A stretch of 64,000 bases of DNA from Alphaproteobacteria bacterium (lineage in GTDB: Bacteria > Pseudomonadota > Alphaproteobacteria > UBA828), in the NCBI GenBank assembly GCA_965237415.1, contig CBDEFM010000002.1:2400001-2464000 (forward strand), written 5' to 3'. Within the stretch, counting starts at the first letter, position 1. Each line of letters opens with the position of its first letter. The notes beneath the pieces were generated by a model. That model was not told where the DNA came from. It was given only the letters and a program-made list of their open reading frames with translations, and did no database searches. The translations under genes and the position numbers were made by a program. Below, piece by piece: positions 28,285 to 37,335 of this stretch.

Positions 28285-29748
28285 ATGGCCGACCCGTCCA
28301 CCCTCGCTGCTTTCATCGAATCACTCGGCTTGAGCCGGGTCGCCTGCGTCGGCGACGTGATGCTGGACCGGTTCGTCTATGGGCGGGTCGAGCGCACCTC
28401 GCCCGAGGCGCCGGTGCCGATCCTCCGTACCGACCACGACGTCTACATGCTCGGCGGCGCCGGCAATGTGGTGCGCAATCTCGTCTCGCTCGGCGCGCAG
28501 GCGACTCTGCTCTCGGTGATCGGGGACGACGAGGTGGGGCGCAGGCTCACCGGCCTGGTCGGGCGCGAGGAGCGGGTCGAGCCCCACCTGCTGGTGGAGC
28601 GGGGGCGGCTCTCCACCGAAAAGACCCGCTTCGTCGCCGGCGGTCAGCAGCTTTTGCGCACCGATTCGGAGACGACCGACGCGATCGCCCAGCGCTCGGC
28701 CGAGAGTCTCCTTGGCCTCGCCCGGGACGCCTTCGCGACTTGCGACGTGGTCGTGCTCTCGGATTACGCCAAGGGCGTGCTTCCTCCCGAACTGGTGCGG
28801 CAGCTGATAGAGACGGCCCAGAGCGCCGCGAGACCGGTGGTGGTCGATCCCAAGGGCCGCGACTTCGCGCGCTACGCCGGCGCCACGGTGCTGACGCCCA
28901 ACCGCGCCGAGCTCGGGTTTGCTGCGGGGGAGAGCCTGGAAACCGACGACGCCATCGTTGTCACGTGCCGCGACCTCATCGCCCGGCACCGCCTGGGCGC
29001 GATCCTGGTCACGCGCAGCCGCGACGGGATGACGCTCGTCTCCGCCGACGGCCGGGTTGCCCATCTCGGGGCGGTTGCGCGCGAGGTCTTCGACGTCTCC
29101 GGCGCCGGAGATACGGTGGTGGCGACGCTTGCCGCCGCGCTCGGCCAGAGCATCGACCTCATCGCCGCCGCCCAGCTCGCGAACGCGGCCGCCGGCGTCG
29201 CGGTCGGCAAGGCAGGCACCGCTGCGGTCCGCGCAGGCGACCTGCTGCACGCGGTCCGCGCAGGCGACCTCTCCGCCTCCGAGGCCAAGATCATGCCGCT
29301 GGCAGGCGCGCTTGAGGCCGTCGCCGGCTGGCGCGCGCAAGGGCAGCGCATCGGCTTCACCAACGGCTGCTTCGACCTCCTCCACCCCGGCCACATTTCG
29401 CTGCTGCGCCAGGCGCGGCAGGCGGCGGACCGGCTCGTCGTCGGCCTCAACGGCGATGCCTCGGTGCGGCGCCTCAAGGGGGCAGACCGGCCGGTGCAGG
29501 GCGAGTCGGCGCGCGCGCAAGTGCTGGCCTCGCTGGAGACAGTCGATCTGGTCGTGGTCTTCGCCGAGGACACGCCGGTGCGCCTGATCGAGGCGCTGCG
29601 CCCCGACTGCCTGGTCAAGGGCTCCGACTACACGGTGGACCAGGTGGTGGGCGCGGATATCGTGCAGGGCTACGGCGGCACCGTGCTGATCGCCGAGAAC
29701 GAGCCCGGCTACAGCACCACCGGCACCATCAGGCGCCTGCGCGGCTGA
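28285..29748 (+). CDS. hldE: Bifunctional heptose 7-phosphate kinase / heptose 1-phosphate adenylyltransferase
   Basis: GDVMLD, SPEAPVP, DVSGAGDTV, FTNGCFDLLHPGH, KGSDY. Confidence 0.95.
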   Translation: MADPSTLAAFIESLGLSRVACVGDVMLDRFVYGRVERTSPEAPVPILRTDHDVYMLGGAGNVVRNLVSLGAQATLLSVIGDDEVGRRLTGLVGREERVEPHLLVERGRLSTEKTRFVAGGQQLLRTDSETTDAIAQRSAESLLGLARDAFATCDVVVLSDYAKGVLPPELVRQLIETAQSAARPVVVDPKGRDFARYAGATVLTPNRAELGFAAGESLETDDAIVVTCRDLIARHRLGAILVTRSRDGMTLVSADGRVAHLGAVAREVFDVSGAGDTVVATLAAALGQSIDLIAAAQLANAAAGVAVGKAGTAAVRAGDLLHAVRAGDLSASEAKIMPLAGALEAVAGWRAQGQRIGFTNGCFDLLHPGHISLLRQARQAADRLVVGLNGDASVRRLKGADRPVQGESARAQVLASLETVDLVVVFAEDTPVRLIEALRPDCLVKGSDYTVDQVVGADIVQGYGGTVLIAENEPGYSTTGTIRRLRG

Positions 29749-29772
29749 GCGCCGAGCTTCTCGAAGTACGCA

Positions 29773-30519
29773 ATGCCCACGAATCGCGACATCCGCGACA
29801 GGTACACTGAGATCATTGGCCACTTGGTGAGAGAGCATGGATCGGCGGTCTCCGGCTACGAGATTTCCAAGGATGCTCCCCTCGCGCAGTGCATCGGGTA
29901 CGCGCGGCGTTTCGTCGTAGGAGGTGCGCGCGATGAGCCGCACTATCGATACGACCGGTACATGCGAGTGTTGCAATCAGCGTGTCGGTGGCAACCAATA
30001 CACGCGGGAACGGTGATTCATGTAGATATTGGATGTGGCCCGGGGCTGTTTACTTGGGTAGTCAGAGATTATTTTCGCGCTAACTTGCCGGTTCATGTTG
30101 AATTATACGGTTATGACCACGCAATATGCATGGTTGAACTCGCGACTTCAATATGGGACCTGCTGGAAGAGAACGCAAACTATTCGTGCCATCATGATCT
30201 TTGTGAGTTGATTTCGGATGCAAAACCAGTGGTCGCTGATGCGTGCCGCGTGCTGATTACGCTGGGTCACGTACTCATTCAAACTGTCGATGACAACTCT
30301 GCCGCCGACGATTTTGCGAGAATCATTGCAATGTGTGCACGAATAGCCAATTGTCTATTGGTAGCAGTGGATGCCCAGATGGGGGACCGGCCAGAAGATT
30401 TCCGTAGGGCGCACGACCAGCTGCAAGCCGCTCTGGAGCAACGTGGACTGACTTGCAGTATTCCCGTGATGGGCCGGTCAGACATGGTGATGAGCGTCCG
30501 AGTGACGGATCGGCCATGA
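29773..30519 (+). CDS. Class I SAM-dependent methyltransferase-like protein
   Basis: VIHVDIGCGPG motif I and LYGYDH motif II; GC visibly lower than flanks. Confidence 0.7.
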   Translation: MPTNRDIRDRYTEIIGHLVREHGSAVSGYEISKDAPLAQCIGYARRFVVGGARDEPHYRYDRYMRVLQSACRWQPIHAGTVIHVDIGCGPGLFTWVVRDYFRANLPVHVELYGYDHAICMVELATSIWDLLEENANYSCHHDLCELISDAKPVVADACRVLITLGHVLIQTVDDNSAADDFARIIAMCARIANCLLVAVDAQMGDRPEDFRRAHDQLQAALEQRGLTCSIPVMGRSDMVMSVRVTDRP

Positions 30520-31169
30520 GCGAGCAGCTTCACCTTGACCTCGACGGCGGCGCGAACACGCAACGTCAAACGTCAGTGCTTGACGGCAGCGCTGCCTCCG
30601 TACCGGAAATTCCCGGTCTGAAATACATACCGCGGTTCCTCTCTGACGATGAGCGGGAGGCTGCGATCCGATACATTGACGATGCGCCCTGGCGCAGCGA
30701 TCTGGAACGTCGGGTCCAGCACTATGGCTGGCGATACGACTACCGTGCGCGGACCGTCGAACGCGACATGCATATCGGGCCGCTGCCGCTGTGGCTTCAG
30801 GACATCGCCAAACGGCTCTACACCAGGACCGACCTCTTCGACCGCGTGCCCGACCAAGCGATCGTAAACGAGTATTTCCCCGGCCAGGGAATTGCCATGC
30901 ATGCAGATCGGCAGTGCTTCGGCCCCACGGTCGCGACGATCTCCCTCGGTGACGCTTGGCGGATGGACCTGCGACTCGCCGGTGGCAAGGCCGACACACG
31001 GGTTGACATTCTGCTGGAAGAGGGATCGGCGCTGCTGATGACCGACGACGCACGTTGGCTTTGGTTCCACGGCATCGCCAAGCGCCTGAAGGAACGCACG
31101 GACCACGGATCGCGCCCGCGCAAGCGCCGTGTTTCGCTCACCTTCCGTACAGTGCTGCAGAGCACCTAG
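30516..31169 (+). CDS. AlkB-family 2OG-Fe(II) dioxygenase
   Basis: RRVQHYGWRYDY, NEYFPGQGIAMHAD (HxD), WFHGI, RVSLTFR; ATGA overlap with the upstream gene. Confidence 0.9.
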   Translation: MSEQLHLDLDGGANTQRQTSVLDGSAASVPEIPGLKYIPRFLSDDEREAAIRYIDDAPWRSDLERRVQHYGWRYDYRARTVERDMHIGPLPLWLQDIAKRLYTRTDLFDRVPDQAIVNEYFPGQGIAMHADRQCFGPTVATISLGDAWRMDLRLAGGKADTRVDILLEEGSALLMTDDARWLWFHGIAKRLKERTDHGSRPRKRRVSLTFRTVLQST

Positions 31170-33457
31170 ACGCTGTCGGCGGGCTGAACGAAGCGGTCGA
31201 TGATCTTCTTGATGCCGGCCTTGTCGAAGGCGACTTCGAGCTTGTCGCCGTCCACCGCCCGAATTCTTCCGTAGCCGAACTTCCGGTGAAAGACTCGCTC
31301 CCCGGCTGCATAGCCGCCGGGCCCCGCCCCGCCGGCGACGGGCAAAGGTGCTGCGTCGATGACGGGCGGCATCCGCCGGCTGCGGTATGTCGCGTGTTCG
31401 GACATGAGGCGCCGCGCGGCAGCAGCCCCGCCATGGCCCCGATAGAGCCCGCCCGGCCCCGGCTGCATGCCCGTTCCTTCGGAAAGCGTCACGTGGTCCG
31501 GGGCCAGCTCGTCGACGAAGCGCGAAGGGATCGCGCTGACCCACTGACCGTGCCGGTGCCGGTTGGCCGCGAAGAGGACATGGGCGCGGCGGCGCGCGCG
31601 GGTGAGCCCGACGTAGGCGAGGCGGCGTTCCTCCTCCAGCCCCGCAGCGCCCGATTGGTCGAGCGCCAGCTGATGGGGGAACAACCCTTCCTCCCAGCCC
31701 GGCAGGAACACGGTGTCGAACTCGAGGCCCTTGGCGCCATGCAGCGTCATGATGTTGACCATCTCTTCCGCTCCGTCTCCCTCCCGGTCCATGACCAGGC
31801 TCACGTGGTCGAGGAAGGCGGCGAGGTCCTCGAATTCGGAGAGTGCCTCGACCAGCTCCTTCAGGTTTTCGAGCCGGCCGGGGGCGGCGGGTGAGCGGTC
31901 CTTCTGCCACATCTCGGTGTAGCCGGATTCGTCGAGCATCGTCCCGACGACCTCGGCATGGGGCGTCTCGGCGAGGGCAGCGCGCCAGCCGCGAAGCCGG
32001 CCAATCAGCCCAGCCAACGCCGAACGGGCGCGGGGCTTGAGCTCGTCGGTCTCGATCAACCGCTCCGCTGCACGATGGAGGGAGAGGCCGGCCGCGCGCG
32101 AAAGCTCGTGGACCGGGCGCAGCGAGGCCTCGCCGAGGCCGCGCTTGGGCAGGTTCACGATGCGCTCGAAGGCGAGGTCGTCGTCGGGGCGCATCACAGC
32201 GCGGATGTACGCCACGGCGTCCCGGATCTCCTGGCGCTCGTAGAAGCGCAGGCCGCCGATCACGCGGTAGGGCAGGCCGATGCTGAGGAATCGCTCCTCG
32301 AACGCGCGGGTCTGGAAGCCGGCGCGGACGAGAATGGCGATACTGTCGAGGCTCTCGCCCCCACGCTGCAGCGCCTCGATGGCCTCTCCGACGGCGCGCG
32401 CTTCCTCATCGCCATCCCAGTTCTCGGTGATGCGGATCTTCTCGCCGTCCTCGCCCTCGGTCCAGAGCGTCTTGCCGAGGCGGCCGGCATTGTGGGCGAT
32501 CAAACCCGATGCGGCGGCGAGGATGTGCCCGGTGGAGCGGTAGTTGCGCTCCAGCCGGACCACGCTTGCGCCGGGAAAATCCTGCTCGAAGCGGAGGATG
32601 TTGCCGACCTCGGCGCCGCGCCAGCCGTAGATCGACTGATCGTCGTCGCCGACGCAGCAGATGCTGTGGTGGGTCTGCGCCAGCAGCCGGAGCCACAGGT
32701 ACTGCGCGACGTTGGTGTCCTGATACTCGTCCACCAGCAGATAGCGGAAGCGCCGCTGGTAGTCGGCGAGCACGTCCGCGTGCTGCGTGAAGAGGCTCAG
32801 ATTGTGCAGCAGGAGATCGCCGAAATCGGCGGCGTTCACGGTGCGGAGCCGCGCCTGATAGGCCGCGTAAAGCGCCGGCGCGCGTCCGTTCGCGTAATCG
32901 GCGCCGTCCGCACCCGCTACCTTGTCGATGGTCAGCCCCCGGTCCTTCCAACGCTGGATGATGATCGAGAGAGTGCGGGCCGGCCATCGCTTCTCGTCGA
33001 TGTCCGCCGCCCGGATGATCTGCTTCAGCAGGCGGACCTGGTCGTCGGTGTCGAGGATGGTGAAGTCCGGCTTGAGCCCGGCGAGCTCGGCATGGCGACG
33101 CAAGATTCGCGCGGCCATGGCGTGGAAGGTGCCAAGCCAGAGCCCGGCGGCGGAGCGTCCAATCAGTCGCTCCACGCGGCCGATCATTTCGCGCGCCGCC
33201 TTGTTGGTGAAGGTGACCGCGAGCACTTGCCCGGGCCGGGCGCGGCCGGTGGCGAGAATGTGGGCAAGGCGCGTGGTGAGCACGCGGGTCTTGCCGGTGC
33301 CGGCGCCCGCGAGCACGAGCAGCGGACCGTCGAGCGATTCCGCCGCCCGGCGCTGCTCCGGATTCAGGCCGTCGAGATAGGTCGACGTTGCCACCGGCGG
33401 CGGCGGGGCGTCGGGCTCGGCGGGCAGGCTGAGCGCGGGTTCGAAGGGCTCGTTCAT
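31166..33457 (-). CDS. uvrD: ATP-dependent DNA helicase UvrD/PcrA
   Basis: AGAGTGKT, DEYQDTN, VGDDDQSIY, TLHGAKGLEF, EERRLAYVGLTRA. Confidence 0.95.
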   Translation of the reverse strand: MNEPFEPALSLPAEPDAPPPPVATSTYLDGLNPEQRRAAESLDGPLLVLAGAGTGKTRVLTTRLAHILATGRARPGQVLAVTFTNKAAREMIGRVERLIGRSAAGLWLGTFHAMAARILRRHAELAGLKPDFTILDTDDQVRLLKQIIRAADIDEKRWPARTLSIIIQRWKDRGLTIDKVAGADGADYANGRAPALYAAYQARLRTVNAADFGDLLLHNLSLFTQHADVLADYQRRFRYLLVDEYQDTNVAQYLWLRLLAQTHHSICCVGDDDQSIYGWRGAEVGNILRFEQDFPGASVVRLERNYRSTGHILAAASGLIAHNAGRLGKTLWTEGEDGEKIRITENWDGDEEARAVGEAIEALQRGGESLDSIAILVRAGFQTRAFEERFLSIGLPYRVIGGLRFYERQEIRDAVAYIRAVMRPDDDLAFERIVNLPKRGLGEASLRPVHELSRAAGLSLHRAAERLIETDELKPRARSALAGLIGRLRGWRAALAETPHAEVVGTMLDESGYTEMWQKDRSPAAPGRLENLKELVEALSEFEDLAAFLDHVSLVMDREGDGAEEMVNIMTLHGAKGLEFDTVFLPGWEEGLFPHQLALDQSGAAGLEEERRLAYVGLTRARRRAHVLFAANRHRHGQWVSAIPSRFVDELAPDHVTLSEGTGMQPGPGGLYRGHGGAAAARRLMSEHATYRSRRMPPVIDAAPLPVAGGAGPGGYAAGERVFHRKFGYGRIRAVDGDKLEVAFDKAGIKKIIDRFVQPADSV

Positions 33458-33524
33458 GGACCACGGCGCGGGAGGATTCGCCGACTATAGCACGGGCTCG
33501 GACACCCGCGCCTGACAGGGGAGC

Positions 33525-34199
33525 TCAGGCGGCCTCAGGCTCCCGCGTGCGGTCGTAGCGCATGCCGAGGCTGTAGCGCTCGGCCGTGATCCCGTCGAGG
33601 ACGTGGAACGGGCGGTCCTTGCGGCCGTGAAAGCCGGGGGCCCGCATCAGGATTCCATCGCCGGGCCCGGCTGCGAGCACGCGGGCGCCGGTGCCGCTGC
33701 GGTCGGCGCAGAGGCCGAAGCGGCCGTCCCCGCTGAGTTGGACGATCACCACCAGGCCGACATAGCGGACATGATCCCGGTGCGGCGTGATGCCGCGCGC
33801 GCCGGGCGGATAGCGCTGTAGGACCAGGTCGTTGAGGGGCAGCGCCTCCAGCGGGGGCGACGCCATGGCACCGAGGGCTGCGGCGACCAGCCTCTCTACG
33901 GCTTGTGTCAGCTGCCAAAGGGGGTGCGGTCGGGGGATCGAGAGGCAGATGTCGAAGTCCTGATAGACCGCGCGCTCCCCCTCGCCGATGACCGGCCTTG
34001 CGCTGCGGAAGGCGAGGGCCGCGCCGGCCTCGATGAAGGTCCGGCAGTCCGCCGGTGCCAGCAGCGGCAATACCGCGGCATCCTCGCGCGCCACACGATC
34101 GAGGGCCGCAGCCATCGCGTCAGGGCCCGCGCGCAGCGTCGGCAGCCCGGTCGGTGCCGCGCCGGCTGCGTCCGTTACTGCCTCGCCGCGTCCGGTCAT
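33525..34199 (-). CDS. Putative 2OG-Fe(II) oxygenase
   Basis: QRYPPG..ITPHRD (HxD), distal H in RPFH, RYSLGMR. Confidence 0.7.
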   Translation of the reverse strand: MTGRGEAVTDAAGAAPTGLPTLRAGPDAMAAALDRVAREDAAVLPLLAPADCRTFIEAGAALAFRSARPVIGEGERAVYQDFDICLSIPRPHPLWQLTQAVERLVAAALGAMASPPLEALPLNDLVLQRYPPGARGITPHRDHVRYVGLVVIVQLSGDGRFGLCADRSGTGARVLAAGPGDGILMRAPGFHGRKDRPFHVLDGITAERYSLGMRYDRTREPEAA

Positions 34200-34271
34200 G
34201 GTGGCCTCCCGCTTCTCTGACTATCGCGGAAGCCGCCCCGCCATGCCAGTCCGTCGGATTGCCGTTCGCCA

Positions 34272-34478
34272 CCCACCTCTCCCTGTCCCTCTCCCCAACT
34301 ATTCATTTCCCTCGACGGCGGGCGCGAGCTCCGCTCGCTTGCCTACGCGCCATGCGGCGCGGCACGCGGTCGCGTGCTCCGGACCTGCGGTCCGGGAGGG
34401 CGGAGGGGGGACGCAGGCGTCGAGGGCGGAGCCTCCCTCTCCTCCCCTGCGGGGAGGAGAGGGCCGGGGTGAGGTGGG
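34272..34478. repeat. REP-like inverted palindromic pair
   Basis: CCCACCTCTCCCTGTCCCTCTCCC at 34272 is an imperfect inverse of AGGAGAGGGCCGGGGTGAGGTGGG ending 34478; internal hairpin CCCTCTCCTCCCC-TGC-GGGGAGGAGAGGG at 34435..34463. Confidence 0.6.
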
Positions 34479-34653
34479 GGTGCTTGCTTCCTTCAGCCTC
34501 AGCGCGGGGCACGCTTCGCGTCTTTGACCCAGCCCTGAACCTACGCATAGAGCTAAGTCGCGGCCGCCTGCGGCATCGGCTTTGCCGCCGGTGGCCGCAG
34601 CCCTATAGTCCCGCCGCCGCACCGGCGGCAGCCATGCGGGGAGGAGTAAGGGG

Positions 34654-35649
34654 ATGGGGTCAGGGTTGGATGTCGTCGGGATCGGCAACGCGATCGTCGA
34701 TGTCGTGGCCGAGGCCGACGACGCGCTGCTCGCCGAAGAAGGCCTCCCCAAGGGCTCGATGACCCTGATCGATGCCGAGCGCGCCGAGGCGCTCCGCGCG
34801 CGCATGGGCCTCGCGGTCGAGGTCTCCGGCGGCTCGGCCGCCAACACCATGGCGGGCGTCGCCATGCTCGGCGGCGCGGCCGGCTACATCGGCAAGGTGC
34901 GGGACGATGCGGCGGGTGCGGTGTTTCGCCACGACATCCAGGAGGCGGGCGTCGCCTTCCCCACCCCGGCGGCGGCGGACGGCGCGGCGACCGCGCGTTG
35001 CCTGATCTTCGTGACCCCCGACGCCCAGCGCACGATGAACACCCATCTCGGCGCCTGTGTCGAGCTCGGCCCCGGCGATATCGATCCGGACTTCATCGCG
35101 AGCGCCCGGCTGCTCTACATGGAGGGCTATCTCTGGGACCCTCCGGCGGCCAAGGAGGCCTTTCGCAAGGCACTCGGGATCGCCCACGCGGCAGGCGGGC
35201 GGGTCTGCCTCTCGCTCTCCGACAGCTTCTGCGTGGACCGCCACCGGGCGGAGCTTCGCGAGCTGGTGGCGAACCACATCGATGTGCTGTTCGCGAACGA
35301 GGACGAAGCGATGGCGCTTTACGAAGTGCGGGACTTCGACGCGGCCCTCGCCGCCGCCCGCGCGGACTGCGCCATCGCGGCCCTCACCCGAAGCGCCCAG
35401 GGCTCCGTGGTCGCAGGCGACGGCGCGGTCCACACCATCGAGGCGGCGCCCATCGCCCGGCTGGTCGATACCACCGGCGCAGGCGACCTCTACGCCGCAG
35501 GCTTCCTCCTAGGATTGGCCCGGGGCTTCGACCTCGCCCGCTGCGGCCGCCTCGCCTCGCTCACGGCGGGCGAGATCCTCGGCCACTACGGCGCCCGGCC
35601 CGAGGCGGACATCGCCCCCTTCGTCGACGCGAGCCAGCATCCGCTTTAG
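34654..35649 (+). CDS. Adenosine kinase-like PfkB carbohydrate kinase
   Basis: GIGNAIVD, GGSAANT, RTMNTHLG, DTTGAGDLYAAGF. Confidence 0.9.
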   Translation: MGSGLDVVGIGNAIVDVVAEADDALLAEEGLPKGSMTLIDAERAEALRARMGLAVEVSGGSAANTMAGVAMLGGAAGYIGKVRDDAAGAVFRHDIQEAGVAFPTPAAADGAATARCLIFVTPDAQRTMNTHLGACVELGPGDIDPDFIASARLLYMEGYLWDPPAAKEAFRKALGIAHAAGGRVCLSLSDSFCVDRHRAELRELVANHIDVLFANEDEAMALYEVRDFDAALAAARADCAIAALTRSAQGSVVAGDGAVHTIEAAPIARLVDTTGAGDLYAAGFLLGLARGFDLARCGRLASLTAGEILGHYGARPEADIAPFVDASQHPL

Positions 35650-35721
35650 CCCGAAATTCTAGGGGATTATATGGTCGGGAGGCGGTTGCGGTGGCGAGAA
35701 TTGACTGCTGATTGACAGGGG

Positions 35722-36084
35722 CTAGGAACCGCCAATCAGGGCCTTGCTCGCTGCTTCCGTCGGGAAATGGTGTGCGTCAGATTCTTTGAATCCCCGAAAG
35801 ACGCCAAGCAGCACAAACACTATAATAATGGTGATGCCTAAAAGTGGTGCAATCGCCAAAAGGATGAACAAGTCGCTGATTTCAGTTTGGCATTCGAGAA
35901 GATACTGTAATAGACGCCATTCCAGGACGCCATACGCTATAATGACAGTACCGGCCGCAATAACCGCTATCCAGCGAAGCCATATTCTTTGGCTTGCCGC
36001 TTGCAGAGCATAGTCCGGAGTGCTCCGATCCAAGCTTTCTGCTTCAATTACTGCATCCGGGTCTTGGGATGGCACGTCAGGCAT
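35722..36084 (-). CDS. Two-TM membrane protein, candidate Panacea-paired toxin/effector
   Basis: Two long hydrophobic helices; ATG overlaps the Panacea stop by 8 nt. Confidence 0.7.
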   Translation of the reverse strand: MPDVPSQDPDAVIEAESLDRSTPDYALQAASQRIWLRWIAVIAAGTVIIAYGVLEWRLLQYLLECQTEISDLFILLAIAPLLGITIIIVFVLLGVFRGFKESDAHHFPTEAASKALIGGS

Positions 36085-36568
36085 TCTGCGCCCGCGCCAG
36101 CTTGTCCTTATAGTGTGCGGCGATGATATCGTCAGGAATGGGTTGGAACTTTGCCCCCTGCCGATACACCGTGTGCCACGGGCCACCCTTGATGTGCGTT
36201 AGGCGAGACAACTGAGAGGCAGACAATTCTTTATAAAGATCATCTACTTGCACCAATAGAGATTCAATGTCGCCCTCTAATGTGCGCTCGTGCATGTCCA
36301 ATGGGCGGATATCGTGAACACCCCGCGGACGAAAGGCATGATAGATAGCCGGGATCACTGGTCCGTAGTCCCACGCTTCAATACGGTCCTGTATCAATGG
36401 GCGGTCTCGCACCGCAAGGCACCATCCATGTGCCATATACACGATCTTCAGCACATGCATGATCGACATTGATCGGCCGCGCGCGTGCGCTCGACGGATA
36501 AACCAGTTGGCTATCTGCCGGCTATCGTATGGATGCGGCGTTTGTTGCTGTTGGGTTGCGAGTGCCAT
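36077..36568 (-). CDS. Panacea / SocA-like (DUF4065) antitoxin domain protein
   Basis: IANWF, LKIVYMAHGW, IEAWDYGPV, LSRLTH..GGPW; GGAG RBS. Confidence 0.88.
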   Translation of the reverse strand: MALATQQQQTPHPYDSRQIANWFIRRAHARGRSMSIMHVLKIVYMAHGWCLAVRDRPLIQDRIEAWDYGPVIPAIYHAFRPRGVHDIRPLDMHERTLEGDIESLLVQVDDLYKELSASQLSRLTHIKGGPWHTVYRQGAKFQPIPDDIIAAHYKDKLARAQNA

Positions 36569-36592
36569 TGCAGTTCTCCGGAGGCTACCCGG

Positions 36593-36757
36593 TTATGGCT
36601 CCACCTCCCCTTTGGCCTGACGCCGCTCAGCGCCGCCGCGCGTGACGGCCCACGCCAACGCTTTGGGCGTGGCATCGATGCTCACGTCCTCTTCCATGTC
36701 GGATTTGGTGGGTTGGTGGGCGGCCGGGTCGCTGACCCTCATGCCTTCCTCTACCAT
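36593..36757 (-). CDS. Small hypothetical protein upstream of the Panacea gene
   Basis: ATG 36757 preceded by GGAGG; co-oriented with the Panacea gene inside the cassette. Confidence 0.45.
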   Translation of the reverse strand: MVEEGMRVSDPAAHQPTKSDMEEDVSIDATPKALAWAVTRGGAERRQAKGEVEP

Positions 36758-37335
36758 CGCCTCCCTCCGTGACGCCGTGTGCCACACGATGGTCATTATG
36801 GTAACGCACTAGCCATCCTTGCACACACTGTGTGCATGGGACACCCCCAAAATGTGCATGCGTGACATTTTCGGCACGGCCATGCCTAATAGCGCATGGA
36901 CGTCGCAGAGGCCGGCATATGGGGAGCTTCGGCACTATTCGATATAATTCCCAAATTCTAACCTGGACCATGGTGCGGTGCAGGGCGCGTGCCGCCGGTG
37001 CCAGTATCGCGCCATGCGTCGACTATGTTCCCGCGCGCGTATCCGCGCGACTTACCGCGCGCACGCGACTCATATTCTGCGCCCGCGACCTTTCAGGCGC
37101 GGGCGACTCGGGCGTGCGCGTCCCTGTCCCGAGGAATCCCACTTATCCCACTTAATCCCGCCGAATCCCGCCCACAAATTAAGTTGCAAGACTCGATATT
37201 CCGGGCGCACGACCCTGCGGGCGTGCGCGACATCCCACTTATCCCACTTAATCCCGGCGAATCCCGCCCAAGAATTAAGTGTTGAGCCCGAGGCGGGGGG
37301 TGGAACCGGATCGCGACCCTGGCGAGATTTCCGGG

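Larger units (their letters stand above)
35662..36952. mobile_element. Non-autonomous IS1595-type cassette (MIC), 1291 bp, no transposase
   Basis: IRs GGGGATTATATGG / CGATATAATTCCC; 8-bp DR AAATTCTA at 35654..35661 and 36953..36960; lower-GC interior. Confidence 0.82.

Noticed and set aside
29224-29270. 20-bp direct repeat GCGGTCCGCGCAGGCGACCT inside hldE
   Set aside because: In-frame AVRAGDL duplication in the interdomain linker; not evidence of a mobile element.
37133-37281. ATCCCACTT repeats as a CRISPR array
   Set aside because: Only two blocks here, internally periodic and about 96 bp apart, with no series of unique spacers and no cas genes.
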